Position numbers and translations under genes: made by a program. Below are positions 17,091 through 26,761 of a stretch of 64,000 nucleotides of DNA, in pieces (the stretch's first letter is position 1; each line of letters starts with the position of its first letter). The stretch lies in IMG/VR virus record IMGVR_UViG_3300025141_015556; one strand, 5' to 3'. The stretch is from a virus. The notes under the pieces were generated by a model. The model was given only the letters and a program-made list of their open reading frames with translations, ran no database searches and had not been told where the DNA came from.

Positions 17091-17741
17091 TTATTTTTTA
17101 TTCACCAGACTTTCGCCCACCAGTCTCTGCGCGACGCGCGAAGTGATTCTATCAACGAGAGCAGCAACATCGACCGACTCCATTACGTCTTCATCCTCTT
17201 CTTCAAGATCAACGTCTCCCAGTTCTACCTCTTCTTCAGGCAGTTCGGGCGCGACCTCTTCTTCAGGCTCATCTTCCGGCTCTTGAGAGATCTCTACCTC
17301 GTCGCCCATAACATCCTCTAAGGCCGTTTCCAGGGCTGAAAGGAAATCATCCACACTAACTGTTTGACCCCCAGCAACGTCTGCCTCGGGCTCGACGTCG
17401 AGTGCGGGCTCCAATTCTTCTACTTCTTCCTCGCCAGGAACGGGAAGGTCCAGATCTGCCTCTTCGCCCTCTAGACCCTCTAGGCCTTCGTCTTCGTCAT
17501 CTCGATACATTGCGGCGCCGCCTAGGCCCGCTTCATCCAGATTGCCGTCTTCGTGCTCACCCTTCCCACGACCGTGAGAGGTATCAGATTTTCCAGAACG
17601 CGATCGTCGGCGCTCTTCAATCTCCCCTCCGGAGGGCTTAATGCCGTCGACAAAGCCCGGGGTCAAAGCGCTCAGGTTAGCTAACTTCATAAATTTTGTG
17701 ATTTGTGCCTCGTTAAGCAGTAATTTCTTCTCATTGGCCAT
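17091..17741 (-). CDS. Highly acidic putative prohead core/internal protein
   Basis: Start re-assigned to MANEKKLLLNEAQITKFMKLANL after AGGAGAG; Glu/Asp-rich; TACTAATTA at 17780-17788. Confidence 0.7.
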   Translation of the reverse strand: MANEKKLLLNEAQITKFMKLANLSALTPGFVDGIKPSGGEIEERRRSRSGKSDTSHGRGKGEHEDGNLDEAGLGGAAMYRDDEDEGLEGLEGEEADLDLPVPGEEEVEELEPALDVEPEADVAGGQTVSVDDFLSALETALEDVMGDEVEISQEPEDEPEEEVAPELPEEEVELGDVDLEEEDEDVMESVDVAALVDRITSRVAQRLVGESLVNKK

Positions 17742-17782
17742 TTTTAAATCTCTCCTGTCTTCAAAGACATCGTTATCTTTAA

Positions 17783-18022
17783 TTAGTAACTCGCCGTGGT
17801 AATGACGTTTTTTATTTTGGCCAAAGTAGCGTCTAGTATTTGCTTGGCGCGAACTATACTTATGTGATGTCTCTCGGCTATTTGCTTCAAGGTCATCGGC
17901 CCGTGTTTTTTGACAGCGATTAGGGTACAATTTTTATCTTCTTCAAAATCTATCCATATTCTGCATTGTTTTTCTTCACAACAAATTTTTTCTAAATAAC
18001 ATTTTTGTGCGCACTCCCTCAT
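17783..18022 (-). CDS. Sigma70 region-4-like HTH protein with Cys-rich N-terminus
   Basis: GPMTLKQIAERHHISIVRAKQILDATLAKIK resembles the region-4 pattern TLxEIG....SRERVRQIE..AL.KL. Confidence 0.7.
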   Translation of the reverse strand: MRECAQKCYLEKICCEEKQCRIWIDFEEDKNCTLIAVKKHGPMTLKQIAERHHISIVRAKQILDATLAKIKNVITTASY

Positions 18023-18339
18023 AATTCTGGTATCTCCTCTTCTATTAAGTCAAATATATTTTCTATTTCATCTTCGGATATTCCTAATTTTTTCATTAGA
18101 TCGGCACCGCTGTTGCGTAATTTAATTGATTTATTAACTTGTGCCTTAGACTGAAGTTTTTCATTAATTTTATAGGCATCAAGAAAATCCATGAATCGAT
18201 CGTCCTTTTCTAGATATGAAATCACACAGCCCCTAAAGAACTGGCTCAAATTACTAAAGCCATCGTAGTGAATTCTTGTTTTAAGATCCTCATGTAACTT
18301 CGGATCCAGAAAGAATGTAACTGTGCTGAGATCTTTCAT
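18019..18339 (-). CDS. Hypothetical protein, ribbon-helix-helix-like N-terminus
   Basis: STVTFFLDPKLHEDLK...NLSQFFR. Confidence 0.6.
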   Translation of the reverse strand: MKDLSTVTFFLDPKLHEDLKTRIHYDGFSNLSQFFRGCVISYLEKDDRFMDFLDAYKINEKLQSKAQVNKSIKLRNSGADLMKKLGISEDEIENIFDLIEEEIPEL

Positions 18340-19373
18340 CGTTTTAATATATGTGTAGAGCTCTCATATTGACCCGCCAGCGTTTGAACCAGGAAGGACG
18401 CATTTTCTCGTAATTCCTTGATACTTCGGGCGCCGCTATATGAAAGGCCACTTCGAATTCCTCTTTCCAGCTCGTTTAAGACTTGTGAAACATTTCCTTT
18501 ATAAGGAACAACTGTCGCAACCCCCTCCAGGGAGGAAGTTCGCCCCCTCCAGTCCATTTGTGCGTCTTTGCTAGCCATTCCTCGATAGCTCTTAAACTTG
18601 CCTTTCTTGGTATCTATAATATCGCCTGGAGTCTCGCGAGTTCCGGCTAGCAGAGATCCCACCATTACAAAATCGGCGCCGGCGGCAAAGGCCTTTACCA
18701 TGTCGCCGCTGCTTCTAATACCGCCGTCCGCAATAATTGTAATATCACAATCCCCCTTCATCAAAGATTCCTTAGCAGCTGCTGCTGCCAGCACAGAACT
18801 AAATGTCGGCTTACCGTGACCAGTCTGAATTCTTGTGGAGCATATCGAACCGCCTCCGATGCCGACGCGAACGCTGTTGGCGCCCCATCTTCCTAAATCA
18901 CTAACCCCTTCAAACGTGGCAACGTTCCCCGCCATTAGATGAAGCTCTTCCCCAAATATCGAACGCAATTCTTTCAGTGCGCCTCTTACGTGAGAATGGT
19001 GACCGTGTGCAACGTCTAAGCATAAAAAACTAACTCCAGCATCTGCGAGAGCGCCGGCTCGATTAATATAGTTATCGGTTACTCCTATGGCCGCGCCGGT
19101 GCGTTGTCCATGTTTTGTTACTTCTCGTACCATTTTCGCCTGTTTTTCAACAGAGTTATATCTATGAATGATTCCAACCGCACCCATAGCATTCATTTGA
19201 AGGGCCATTCTTTCTTCGGTTACGGTATCCATTGGGCTAGATATTATGGGCAATTCAAATTTTAAATTTTCATCTAGAAAAGAATCAATACTTATTTCTA
19301 CCCGGCTTTCTATGTCTGAATACTTGGGCGACAATAATATATCATCAAAAGATAGACTTTCTTTAGTTCTCAT
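18336..19373 (-). CDS. IMP dehydrogenase / GMP reductase (CBS-less)
   Basis: [32 protein letters not shown] (catalytic Cys), IADGGI, YRGMAS; IMPDH and GMPR cannot be told apart by eye. Confidence 0.92.
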   Translation of the reverse strand: MRTKESLSFDDILLSPKYSDIESRVEISIDSFLDENLKFELPIISSPMDTVTEERMALQMNAMGAVGIIHRYNSVEKQAKMVREVTKHGQRTGAAIGVTDNYINRAGALADAGVSFLCLDVAHGHHSHVRGALKELRSIFGEELHLMAGNVATFEGVSDLGRWGANSVRVGIGGGSICSTRIQTGHGKPTFSSVLAAAAAKESLMKGDCDITIIADGGIRSSGDMVKAFAAGADFVMVGSLLAGTRETPGDIIDTKKGKFKSYRGMASKDAQMDWRGRTSSLEGVATVVPYKGNVSQVLNELERGIRSGLSYSGARSIKELRENASFLVQTLAGQYESSTHILKR

Positions 19374-19638
19374 TTTCAACATTCTCCTTTGCAAGTTGTT
19401 CTACTTGGCGCCAACAGGAGGGACATGTAAGATAAATTTTTCTTTTACCTTCATAAATTGTCACATTCCAGGTTGTCACCATTTCTCTATTTTTTTTATC
19501 AAAAGACGCTTTGCACATCGTGCATTCCTCCGGCAGCCCCAGCATAAAACCGGTGCGCTCAGCAAGCTTTTGCTGTGTTTCTTTACGCGCGTGTTTCCTC
19601 TTATTGGTGTTAACTTTTTTAATTTTGGGACGACTCAT
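19363..19638 (-). CDS. Basic zinc-finger hypothetical protein
   Basis: CTMC...CPSC; Lys/Arg-rich N-terminus. Confidence 0.7.
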   Translation of the reverse strand: MSRPKIKKVNTNKRKHARKETQQKLAERTGFMLGLPEECTMCKASFDKKNREMVTTWNVTIYEGKRKIYLTCPSCWRQVEQLAKENVENEN

Positions 19639-20156
19639 GCTCTCTCCATTGGATACATATTGGGCGCCAACATGGTGGGACTTTTTAACATGGTGTCTGA
19701 ATGGAATACCACGACTGCCGAAGGAAAGGGTGCAGCATTATCGGACCCCCCAAATTTTAAGCGGCCGCGGACGAAATGAATTTCTTTAGCTTTCATTATA
19801 TAATCATGCCACCACTTCGTGTCGGTTCTAGATGGAATAAGCATTACAACAATAGTATTATGCTTTTTAGATTCTTCATACCCCTTTTTAATCCAGGCAC
19901 CAATTTTACGTCCGTAAGGGGGGTTCACAAAAACACGATGACCTCCCCATTCTTGCACCAACCCATCGTCTTCTTCGGTAAAGTATTTTTTGCATTTAGC
20001 ACTAGCTTCAGTAGCACAGGGATCTAAAGTAAAATCAAATCCCTTATTTAGTTTATCAAAAAACACTTGTGGCGTGTCCCAATCAGCGCTCTTGGAGCTG
20101 AATCCGACGGCTCCCGCAGACTGTTTCCATAACCCCTTTGGTTCAATTTGCATCAT
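19635..20156 (-). CDS. Phage N6-adenine DNA methyltransferase (phage Dam family)
   Basis: DWDTP, FTLDPCA, VFVNPPYG, PSRTDT, RGRLKF; start set at the ATGA overlap. Confidence 0.9.
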   Translation of the reverse strand: MMQIEPKGLWKQSAGAVGFSSKSADWDTPQVFFDKLNKGFDFTLDPCATEASAKCKKYFTEEDDGLVQEWGGHRVFVNPPYGRKIGAWIKKGYEESKKHNTIVVMLIPSRTDTKWWHDYIMKAKEIHFVRGRLKFGGSDNAAPFPSAVVVFHSDTMLKSPTMLAPNMYPMERA

Positions 20157-20617
20157 TTCTCCGTTGATCCCAGCGCGCCGTCGCCTCGGTTTGAAATCGT
20201 AATCGGACTCCAATCATAAATATTGGGGTCTTTTGAGTGAACAAATCGAACTGGCACGACGGGAACGACAACCGCTTGGGCAATTTTATCTCCGTAAACC
20301 ACTGTTTGATCTTTTTTTCCAACATTATGAAGGTTAACAAACACCTCTCCATCGTAGCCAGAGTCGACGACGCATGCGCCCACTAGCAATGATCGTTTGG
20401 CGGCCCAACTAGATCGACTTTTTATTTCTAACATATATCCATGTGGAATGGCAAATCGATAGCCTGTTTGAAGCAATGCGCTATCGCCAGGTTTGATTGT
20501 GGTAACCTTGTTTTCTTCCTTCTCTGGATTATACCTCAGATCTAGCCCAGCATCGCTGGGGTGTGCTCTTTCGGGGGGCACGACGTTTTCCCTCACCATG
20601 TGATATTGTAAAATCAT
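20153..20617 (-). CDS. dut: Trimeric dUTPase
   Basis: DAGLDL, KSRSS, VVDSGYDG, IAQAV, RGDGALGST. Confidence 0.95.
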   Translation of the reverse strand: MILQYHMVRENVVPPERAHPSDAGLDLRYNPEKEENKVTTIKPGDSALLQTGYRFAIPHGYMLEIKSRSSWAAKRSLLVGACVVDSGYDGEVFVNLHNVGKKDQTVVYGDKIAQAVVVPVVPVRFVHSKDPNIYDWSPITISNRGDGALGSTEK

Positions 20618-20625
20618 TATTTCTC

Positions 20626-21228
20626 CTATTCAAAATCTATATTAACATTAACCGTAATGTTGAATTTTGGTACGCGAATTTGATTAGCCAAATTGTGCTT
20701 TTTTGCTTCAGCCGCGTCCAAAAACCAATCGGCATGACTACGTTCATGAATCAAATCTAGAAAATAATCGTCCTTTTTGCCACAGTTCCTGGCCATCATT
20801 TTGTAAACAACTTGATTTAGGCGCTCGGCTTCGGCGGCATCGGCTTTTATTTCCTCAACTTTCCCCCACACAGATGTGGAAACATCATGTATCATGAGAG
20901 TTGCATCTGGGTCCATAAATCTTAATCCTTCGTCGCCGAAGGAAAATAAAATTGCACCACAGGACATCGCCTTGCCCTCAATAATTGTGGCCACGGGAAG
21001 TTCGGCATGCCTAATGGAAGATATCATCGCCATTAAGCTGTATACCTGCCCCCCATATGAATCGACGATAACTGGAATAATCGATTGCCCCGTGTTGTGG
21101 GCGGCCGATATCTGATCTGCAAAATCTTTTGCGGCTTTATTAGTAAATTCATTTACTCTCACAATTACGGGAGCTTTTCGAAGTTCCGGTTCTTTGAGAA
21201 GAGGGCTGCAGGTTATTGTTGTTTTCAT
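20626..21228 (-). CDS. clpP: ClpP-family protease (copy 2)
   Basis: DSYGG, AMSCG (Ser), LMIHD (His), ADWFLDAAEA (Asp). Confidence 0.9.
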   Translation of the reverse strand: MKTTITCSPLLKEPELRKAPVIVRVNEFTNKAAKDFADQISAAHNTGQSIIPVIVDSYGGQVYSLMAMISSIRHAELPVATIIEGKAMSCGAILFSFGDEGLRFMDPDATLMIHDVSTSVWGKVEEIKADAAEAERLNQVVYKMMARNCGKKDDYFLDLIHERSHADWFLDAAEAKKHNLANQIRVPKFNITVNVNIDFE

Positions 21229-21368
21229 TTACCTTGCCCCCTGTACCGCTTCCGATATCGTTTATTTCCCCCACAAGGCCCAGGCGTTCCTCGTTTGGTA
21301 AACTTACTGTTTCCGATTGAAGTTTTCTTTTTCTGTGTTCTTTCTTTTTCGCTGTCTTTTTTTGCCAT
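21225..21368 (-). CDS. 47-aa highly basic peptide ending YRGQGK
   Basis: Manual translation MAKKDSEKERTQKKKTSIGNSKFTKRGTPGPCGGNKRYRKRYRGQGK; AGGAG RBS; ATGA overlap with clpP. Confidence 0.65.
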   Translation of the reverse strand: MAKKDSEKERTQKKKTSIGNSKFTKRGTPGPCGGNKRYRKRYRGQGK

Positions 21369-21377
21369 TTAATACTC

Positions 21378-24300
21378 CTATCCTAATAGCTTCATTGTTT
21401 TACGGATGGACCTTGTTGAAAAGCCCCACTGATCATCGTAATCGAGGCGCGCCATATACGGTCTATTGATATGAATTCTGTCCTTTTCTGGGCGCACTCC
21501 CCAACATTTGAATTTTGTGATATTGGAATTGCCATCTATCACAGAAACAATCCAATACGTCTTTCCGTTTTTAGTTTTCTTAGTAATCACTTCACGTGGG
21601 ATAAACCACACTAGCCCAAGATCGCGGTCGTACTCAGAAATCGGAGGGATGTATAATTCTTCTAACCGCGCACGAATTGTCTTATCCAGCACCAAGTGTA
21701 ATGGAAATACGCCCGTTAGCGATACAATATTTTCTATCTCCTCTTCCTCGGTAAAATCCCCCTCGTCTTGATACAGTTCTATCTGTTCCTTTAACTTCTT
21801 TTTGCTCATTGGTCGATTGACTGCGACGGCCGACCAAAAATGTCGGCGTCCTGTAAACCTCTCGTCCATTAGGCTGTCCATTGCTCCAGAACGAATCAAA
21901 ACATCCAAAGCTTTTTTGTTTAATTTTGAATATACTATTTCATCATTGAAGATTAACTCTTCAACCGTGGCAAAGGGGCGATGCAGTAGAATCTGTTCAA
22001 TGGCCTTATCGCCCAGCCCCTTAATTGAACTCAAAGGCTGAACCAGGGTCATATTGTCGCCGGGACTAATTTCCCACACAACGCCTGAGTTGTTCAGATC
22101 TGCTTTCTGAATTTTAAATCCGTAGCTCTTGGCAATATTAATCGCCTTCTCTTTACGAGACTCGGGCTCCTTATCAAGAAACGCGGCCATCCATTCAGAG
22201 GAATAATAATTAAGAAGCCATGCACATTGAAACGAGATAGTAGAATAAGAAACGGCGTGTGATTTATTAAAACCATATCCCGAAAAATATTCAAACGTAT
22301 CCCACAGGTCCTCGGCTTTAAATTTATTTACTCCCTTATCTACACACCCATCAATAAACTTCTTGTGCAGTTTTTCTTTTGTCTTCGCGCCTTTGCCGGT
22401 GCCCTTTTTTGTAAGCACCTTGCGCAAAAGATTTCCTTCATCAAGAGATAAATTTTTCCCAAGTCGATGAGCTAGAAGGGCTATTTGTTCTTGAAAAATC
22501 AAAAAACCATAACTCTCCTCGGTAACATCTTTCACCACATCGTTGAGATAATAAACATCCTCGGGATTACTTTTAGCGGCCACATACTGTTCATGCACAT
22601 TAGCCGCAAGCGGCCCGGGCCTAAAAATAGAAGTAATGGCAGATATATCAATTAAACTTTCTGGTTGGGCGCGCTTACAAAACTGTTGCGCAGACTCCTC
22701 GGTAAATTGAAAGATCCCAGCCCAGCTGCCCTTATGAAAAATATTTTGATAAACTTCCTGATTATCAAAATCTATTACATCTGGATGCAGATTGTCATTA
22801 TAAAAATCTTTCACCTGTTGAAAAGTTGGCTTCTCTATTTCTTTATGTCTCCGAAGAATATGGCGAATGGCGCCATCAATCATACGCAAAGTTGAAAGCC
22901 CCAACAAATCAAATTTAATGAACCCAAGTGGTTCCAGGTGGCGTACATTCTGCCCCTCGGCCCATGGCGCCTGTCGAACGCCACCTGAATTGATCAAGGG
23001 CATGTGCTTATCTAGTTCGTCTGCAATGAGAACTCCGCCCGCATGGCGCGAGCAAGACCTTACCTGCCCAACCAAAGCCTCGGCATGCGTTTTAATATCT
23101 GGATATTTTATCAAAAATCCGCGCAGCGATGGACTTAATTCCATAACTTCTTCCCATGTTGGAGAATAAACACCAGCTTTGATACCATGCCGACGCTTCG
23201 CTTCGGGCGTGGCCTCTTTAATCATCACACTAGTAACTTTATTGACCTCTGGAAATGGAATTCCATAAAACTTTGAAATATCTTTAATCAAAGAGCGCAG
23301 TTGCAGAGTGTTCCAATTAGATATTGGAACAACTGTGTTTTTCCCCCACTCTTTGGCGAGCATTTCTTTTAATTCCATTGGCTCCGCGACATCATAATCA
23401 ATGTCTGGATAGTCAGTGGCGTCCCTGCGAAGAAATCTCTCAAAAAGAAGGCCATGCTTTATAGGGTCAATTTGAGTTATTCCTAGAACGTAGGCCGCCA
23501 AGGACCCGGCCGCAGAGCCGCGGCCCGGGCCAGTCAACTGTACTGCATTTGCCTTATCAACGATAGCCTTCATAGTTAGAAAGTATTTACTAAAGCCGCG
23601 ATCGTCGATAACCTTAATCTCTAACTTTAAACGATCAGTATATTCTTGATTGATGTGTAAATTGCGTGAACGTAGCCCATCGATTGCCAGCTGTGTGAGA
23701 ACGCCAGTGGCTGTTGCTCCTTCGGGTACCACAAAATCTGGAAGCTTCACTGTGACGTTTGGTTCAAAGTCCTCAATCAATTCATGCGCAATATAATGAG
23801 TCTTTACAATGGTGTCAAAAATAAGATCGTCATCATAAGAATTGCCGGTTTCCTCTGAATATTTCTTATAGCTCTCCCACATTTGATCGCCATTTTTGGG
23901 ATAGATTTCGTATCCTATGTCTTCTACATCAATGGGCAGCTCAGCGTCCATGTATTCGGGGAGGCCGCCTTTTCCAAGCCAGCCCAGTCGAGTATATAGT
24001 TCGCGATCTTTCCACGCATCGGGATTGGGGTAGTGGCTATCTGCTGTGGATATAAGAGGAATCCCAAATTCCTCGTGCATTTGAACAATGTATTGATTTA
24101 GCTCGTGTTGTTCCGGAATCTTATTCCACTGCAATTCGCCATGCCAGCGGTCGCCAAAGATTTCAACCATCCGGCGTGTAGTGTCTCTCATCGCTTCAAG
24201 CACGGCTGCCGGGCCGCTGTCTCGATTCTCCCAATAGTTTCCAGCGTATACGCCGCCGAGGCATGCCGATGCGGCAATCACCCCTTCGCCATACTTTTTG

Positions 24301-24830
24301 AGCATAGCAAAATCAACGCGAGGATAACGATAAAAATTTTCTTCTCGGTAGCTCTCCGAGATCAGTTTAAAAATATTATTTAAGCCGGCCTGGTTTTGTG
24401 CCAACAAAATAATATGGCGGCGCCTCTTGAGGACGTCCTGTGCCTTTTTACTTTCGCCTTCATCTTCCACCGGCGCGCCTGAAGTTTCCTCTTTCGCGAG
24501 CTTCTTGGCGAGCTTTGCGTCTTCTTTTGCTTTTGCATATTCCTCTCTCCACTCTTCCAAGCTTGGCAAGAAGTAAGCTTCTACTCCAAAAATAGCTTTA
24601 AAATCTTTTCCATCAGCTTGCATCTTTTTCCAGTGAAGAAGCTGGTAGCCAAATCCATTCATGTTTCCATGGTCCGTGAGCGCTAACGCACTGCTACCAT
24701 TCTGATATGCAAAATTCATATGTTCCGGCGGATATCCAATTGCATCAAAAATCGATCCAGCTACGCTGTGTGCATGCAGGCCAACGAACGGAATTTCCGA
24801 AGTGCGCCTTTTATCTCTCACGTCTGTCAT
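21378..24830 (-). CDS. dnaE: DNA polymerase III alpha subunit (family C)
   Basis: PHP domain (LHAHS, ALTDHG, TADSHY), GPGRGSAAGS, PDIDYD, RHAGG, KFDLLGL, YGFNKSH. Confidence 0.96.
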   Translation of the reverse strand: MTDVRDKRRTSEIPFVGLHAHSVAGSIFDAIGYPPEHMNFAYQNGSSALALTDHGNMNGFGYQLLHWKKMQADGKDFKAIFGVEAYFLPSLEEWREEYAKAKEDAKLAKKLAKEETSGAPVEDEGESKKAQDVLKRRRHIILLAQNQAGLNNIFKLISESYREENFYRYPRVDFAMLKKYGEGVIAASACLGGVYAGNYWENRDSGPAAVLEAMRDTTRRMVEIFGDRWHGELQWNKIPEQHELNQYIVQMHEEFGIPLISTADSHYPNPDAWKDRELYTRLGWLGKGGLPEYMDAELPIDVEDIGYEIYPKNGDQMWESYKKYSEETGNSYDDDLIFDTIVKTHYIAHELIEDFEPNVTVKLPDFVVPEGATATGVLTQLAIDGLRSRNLHINQEYTDRLKLEIKVIDDRGFSKYFLTMKAIVDKANAVQLTGPGRGSAAGSLAAYVLGITQIDPIKHGLLFERFLRRDATDYPDIDYDVAEPMELKEMLAKEWGKNTVVPISNWNTLQLRSLIKDISKFYGIPFPEVNKVTSVMIKEATPEAKRRHGIKAGVYSPTWEEVMELSPSLRGFLIKYPDIKTHAEALVGQVRSCSRHAGGVLIADELDKHMPLINSGGVRQAPWAEGQNVRHLEPLGFIKFDLLGLSTLRMIDGAIRHILRRHKEIEKPTFQQVKDFYNDNLHPDVIDFDNQEVYQNIFHKGSWAGIFQFTEESAQQFCKRAQPESLIDISAITSIFRPGPLAANVHEQYVAAKSNPEDVYYLNDVVKDVTEESYGFLIFQEQIALLAHRLGKNLSLDEGNLLRKVLTKKGTGKGAKTKEKLHKKFIDGCVDKGVNKFKAEDLWDTFEYFSGYGFNKSHAVSYSTISFQCAWLLNYYSSEWMAAFLDKEPESRKEKAINIAKSYGFKIQKADLNNSGVVWEISPGDNMTLVQPLSSIKGLGDKAIEQILLHRPFATVEELIFNDEIVYSKLNKKALDVLIRSGAMDSLMDERFTGRRHFWSAVAVNRPMSKKKLKEQIELYQDEGDFTEEEEIENIVSLTGVFPLHLVLDKTIRARLEELYIPPISEYDRDLGLVWFIPREVITKKTKNGKTYWIVSVIDGNSNITKFKCWGVRPEKDRIHINRPYMARLDYDDQWGFSTRSIRKTMKLLG

Positions 24831-25729
24831 TCTTTTTCCCCTAATTTGTTTAAACTGCCACCGGAGAAGACTAACTTTGAAGGTCGTTCTATCTGTCTAC
24901 GATGATCAGATGTTAATAGTTTACAATATCCATCCCAAGTTGTCAAGTCATAAAACCATTCTAATTCTTCTAAAGTTGCATTTTCTGTAGAAGCCCCACC
25001 GAAAACATTTTTCAATTTATAATTTCGAGACACGTTTCTTTCTTCTTTTGGCAGCAGTCGGGAAGGCATCTTTTCTCCTGCCTGTGGGGGATAATAAGTT
25101 TTAGAATTTGACTTTATAATATTGCGCGCGCGTCGCCATTCAGAAGCATCAAAAGTAAATCCGAGAGGCAAACCGTCGCGAACGGTATCTCCATTAAACG
25201 AAAAATAAAATGCTTTTTCTTTTCTTATTCGCGATCGCGACATCTGAACGCGGTGAGGATCATAAATACCAAAAGGGAAGCTTACGTAATAACGATCTGG
25301 AATCATCCAGCGCGACAACCTCCGGCATAGCCAATATGCTACGTTCGCTCCGTGCAGTATGGACCACGCGTAACAATCAATTTTATCCCGGTGTTTGGGA
25401 TGGATTGGCACATAATAAATTGGAATGCTTAAATATTTTTCCGATGAAAATCTAATAAAACTTCCGCGCTGCAGACTGTTTATATCATGAACGTGATCGC
25501 CAAGTCGGTATTTAATAAGGGGAGAAACGTCGTCGTTGCAAACAATCCATATGGTTTCACACCCAAGATGAGCGCACTCCAAAACGGCTGCTTCAACTGC
25601 GTTAAAATTAGGAGCAACGGGTATAAAGCAGTCAGGCCACTCAAAACCAAACTCTGCTTCTGATCCCGCTACCGGGACAATCCCAGCTAAGTGATAAGAA
25701 TTAGAATTTTGTTGAACTTCTTGCATCAT
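24827..25729 (-). CDS. Degenerate sugar-phosphate nucleotidyltransferase-like protein
   Basis: LAGIVPVAG...WPDCFIPV...GCETIWIV parallels the GlmU/RmlA N-terminus but lacks the GTR and PK residues. Confidence 0.6.
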   Translation of the reverse strand: MMQEVQQNSNSYHLAGIVPVAGSEAEFGFEWPDCFIPVAPNFNAVEAAVLECAHLGCETIWIVCNDDVSPLIKYRLGDHVHDINSLQRGSFIRFSSEKYLSIPIYYVPIHPKHRDKIDCYAWSILHGANVAYWLCRRLSRWMIPDRYYVSFPFGIYDPHRVQMSRSRIRKEKAFYFSFNGDTVRDGLPLGFTFDASEWRRARNIIKSNSKTYYPPQAGEKMPSRLLPKEERNVSRNYKLKNVFGGASTENATLEELEWFYDLTTWDGYCKLLTSDHRRQIERPSKLVFSGGSLNKLGEKE

Positions 25730-26472
25730 TATACATGGACATTACAACAATAAACATGTTCTGGTATATCTTCACTTAGAATATATTTCTTTTTGTGTTT
25801 GTAAATGTCTCGATCGGCGTGTTGAAGCACAACATTTAAATAACGTACTTTTTCATTAATGCTCCGCGGAGGGCCTTTAAGCCCATTTTTTTTAATCATA
25901 GAGAGGGCCCCCAGGCGCGCCGCCGTCTGAGAATTTTCAAACAAGTTTATTTTGGCGGCCAGAATGTATGATTTTGTGTAGCAATCTTTAATATCACCAG
26001 AATTACCGTCCCGGCGGGAGGAAGGATAAAAAACCAATTCGTTAATAAACTTTTGAGGACTTAAAATTTTGCAAGATGCTTGTTTGGCCCCTCGTTTAAT
26101 ATCAAACCAGTCATAGACTAAATATTCGGTTACCTCTTCGCGGAGCGGTAGCCCACTTACGCATTCTAAATCAAATATATATAATTCGTTAAACGAAATT
26201 TGAATCTTCTTATAGAATTCTGTAAATACACTGGCTATCTTCTCTTCTATTTTAATAGTTTCTATCTTTGAAGGGATTGGTGTAAGACACGCAAATCCCA
26301 ATTCAAACGATAGCGCGTTCCAACTACGCAAGTCCTCCATTCTATCGAGCGCATGGGGCTTCAATGTCCCGTTGACCAGGAGCATCGCATTATTTATTTT
26401 GGCATATTGAAGGGCCGAAAGGCTATAGCCAATTACAAGCTTATCTGTTTTAAGGATTGGTGTTTGAAACAT
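25729..26472 (-). CDS. Hypothetical protein with degenerate Rossmann-like N-terminus
   Basis: DKLVIGYSLSALQYA; start re-assigned to MFQTP. Confidence 0.6.
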   Translation of the reverse strand: MFQTPILKTDKLVIGYSLSALQYAKINNAMLLVNGTLKPHALDRMEDLRSWNALSFELGFACLTPIPSKIETIKIEEKIASVFTEFYKKIQISFNELYIFDLECVSGLPLREEVTEYLVYDWFDIKRGAKQASCKILSPQKFINELVFYPSSRRDGNSGDIKDCYTKSYILAAKINLFENSQTAARLGALSMIKKNGLKGPPRSINEKVRYLNVVLQHADRDIYKHKKKYILSEDIPEHVYCCNVHV

Positions 26473-26761
26473 TTTTGTCGAGGCTCTCATCAAAATACCC
26501 AATAACATGATTTTCTGAAATTATGTAATAGGTTTCTTCTGCATGATCAAATATACGTATCATGTGGGCCTCTACAACTATATGATATCCCTCTTCCCAC
26601 TCTTTTTCACACTTATTTCCACACCAGCCGGACGCGACGCGAACAATCTCATAAGGTTGTTCGGCGGGTCGATAATCAGAAGGTAATAATATTGTATCTT
26701 GGTCTTTTTCGTCTTCTAAAAACTCTATTACTATATTTCTTCCAAGCGGTTTAAAAATCAT
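26450..26761 (-). CDS. groS: GroES-like co-chaperonin
   Basis: FKPLGRNIVIE...ILLP...YYIISENHVIG matches the Cpn10 pattern. Confidence 0.75.
   Translation of the reverse strand: MIFKPLGRNIVIEFLEDEKDQDTILLPSDYRPAEQPYEIVRVASGWCGNKCEKEWEEGYHIVVEAHMIRIFDHAEETYYIISENHVIGYFDESLDKNVSNTNP

Noticed and set aside
17742-17930. Long N-terminal extensions in the ORF track (here, and at 5261, 26508, 35160 and 39668)
   Set aside because: They overlap neighbouring genes or regulatory motifs; downstream ATGs fit better with the RBS, late motif or gene packing.
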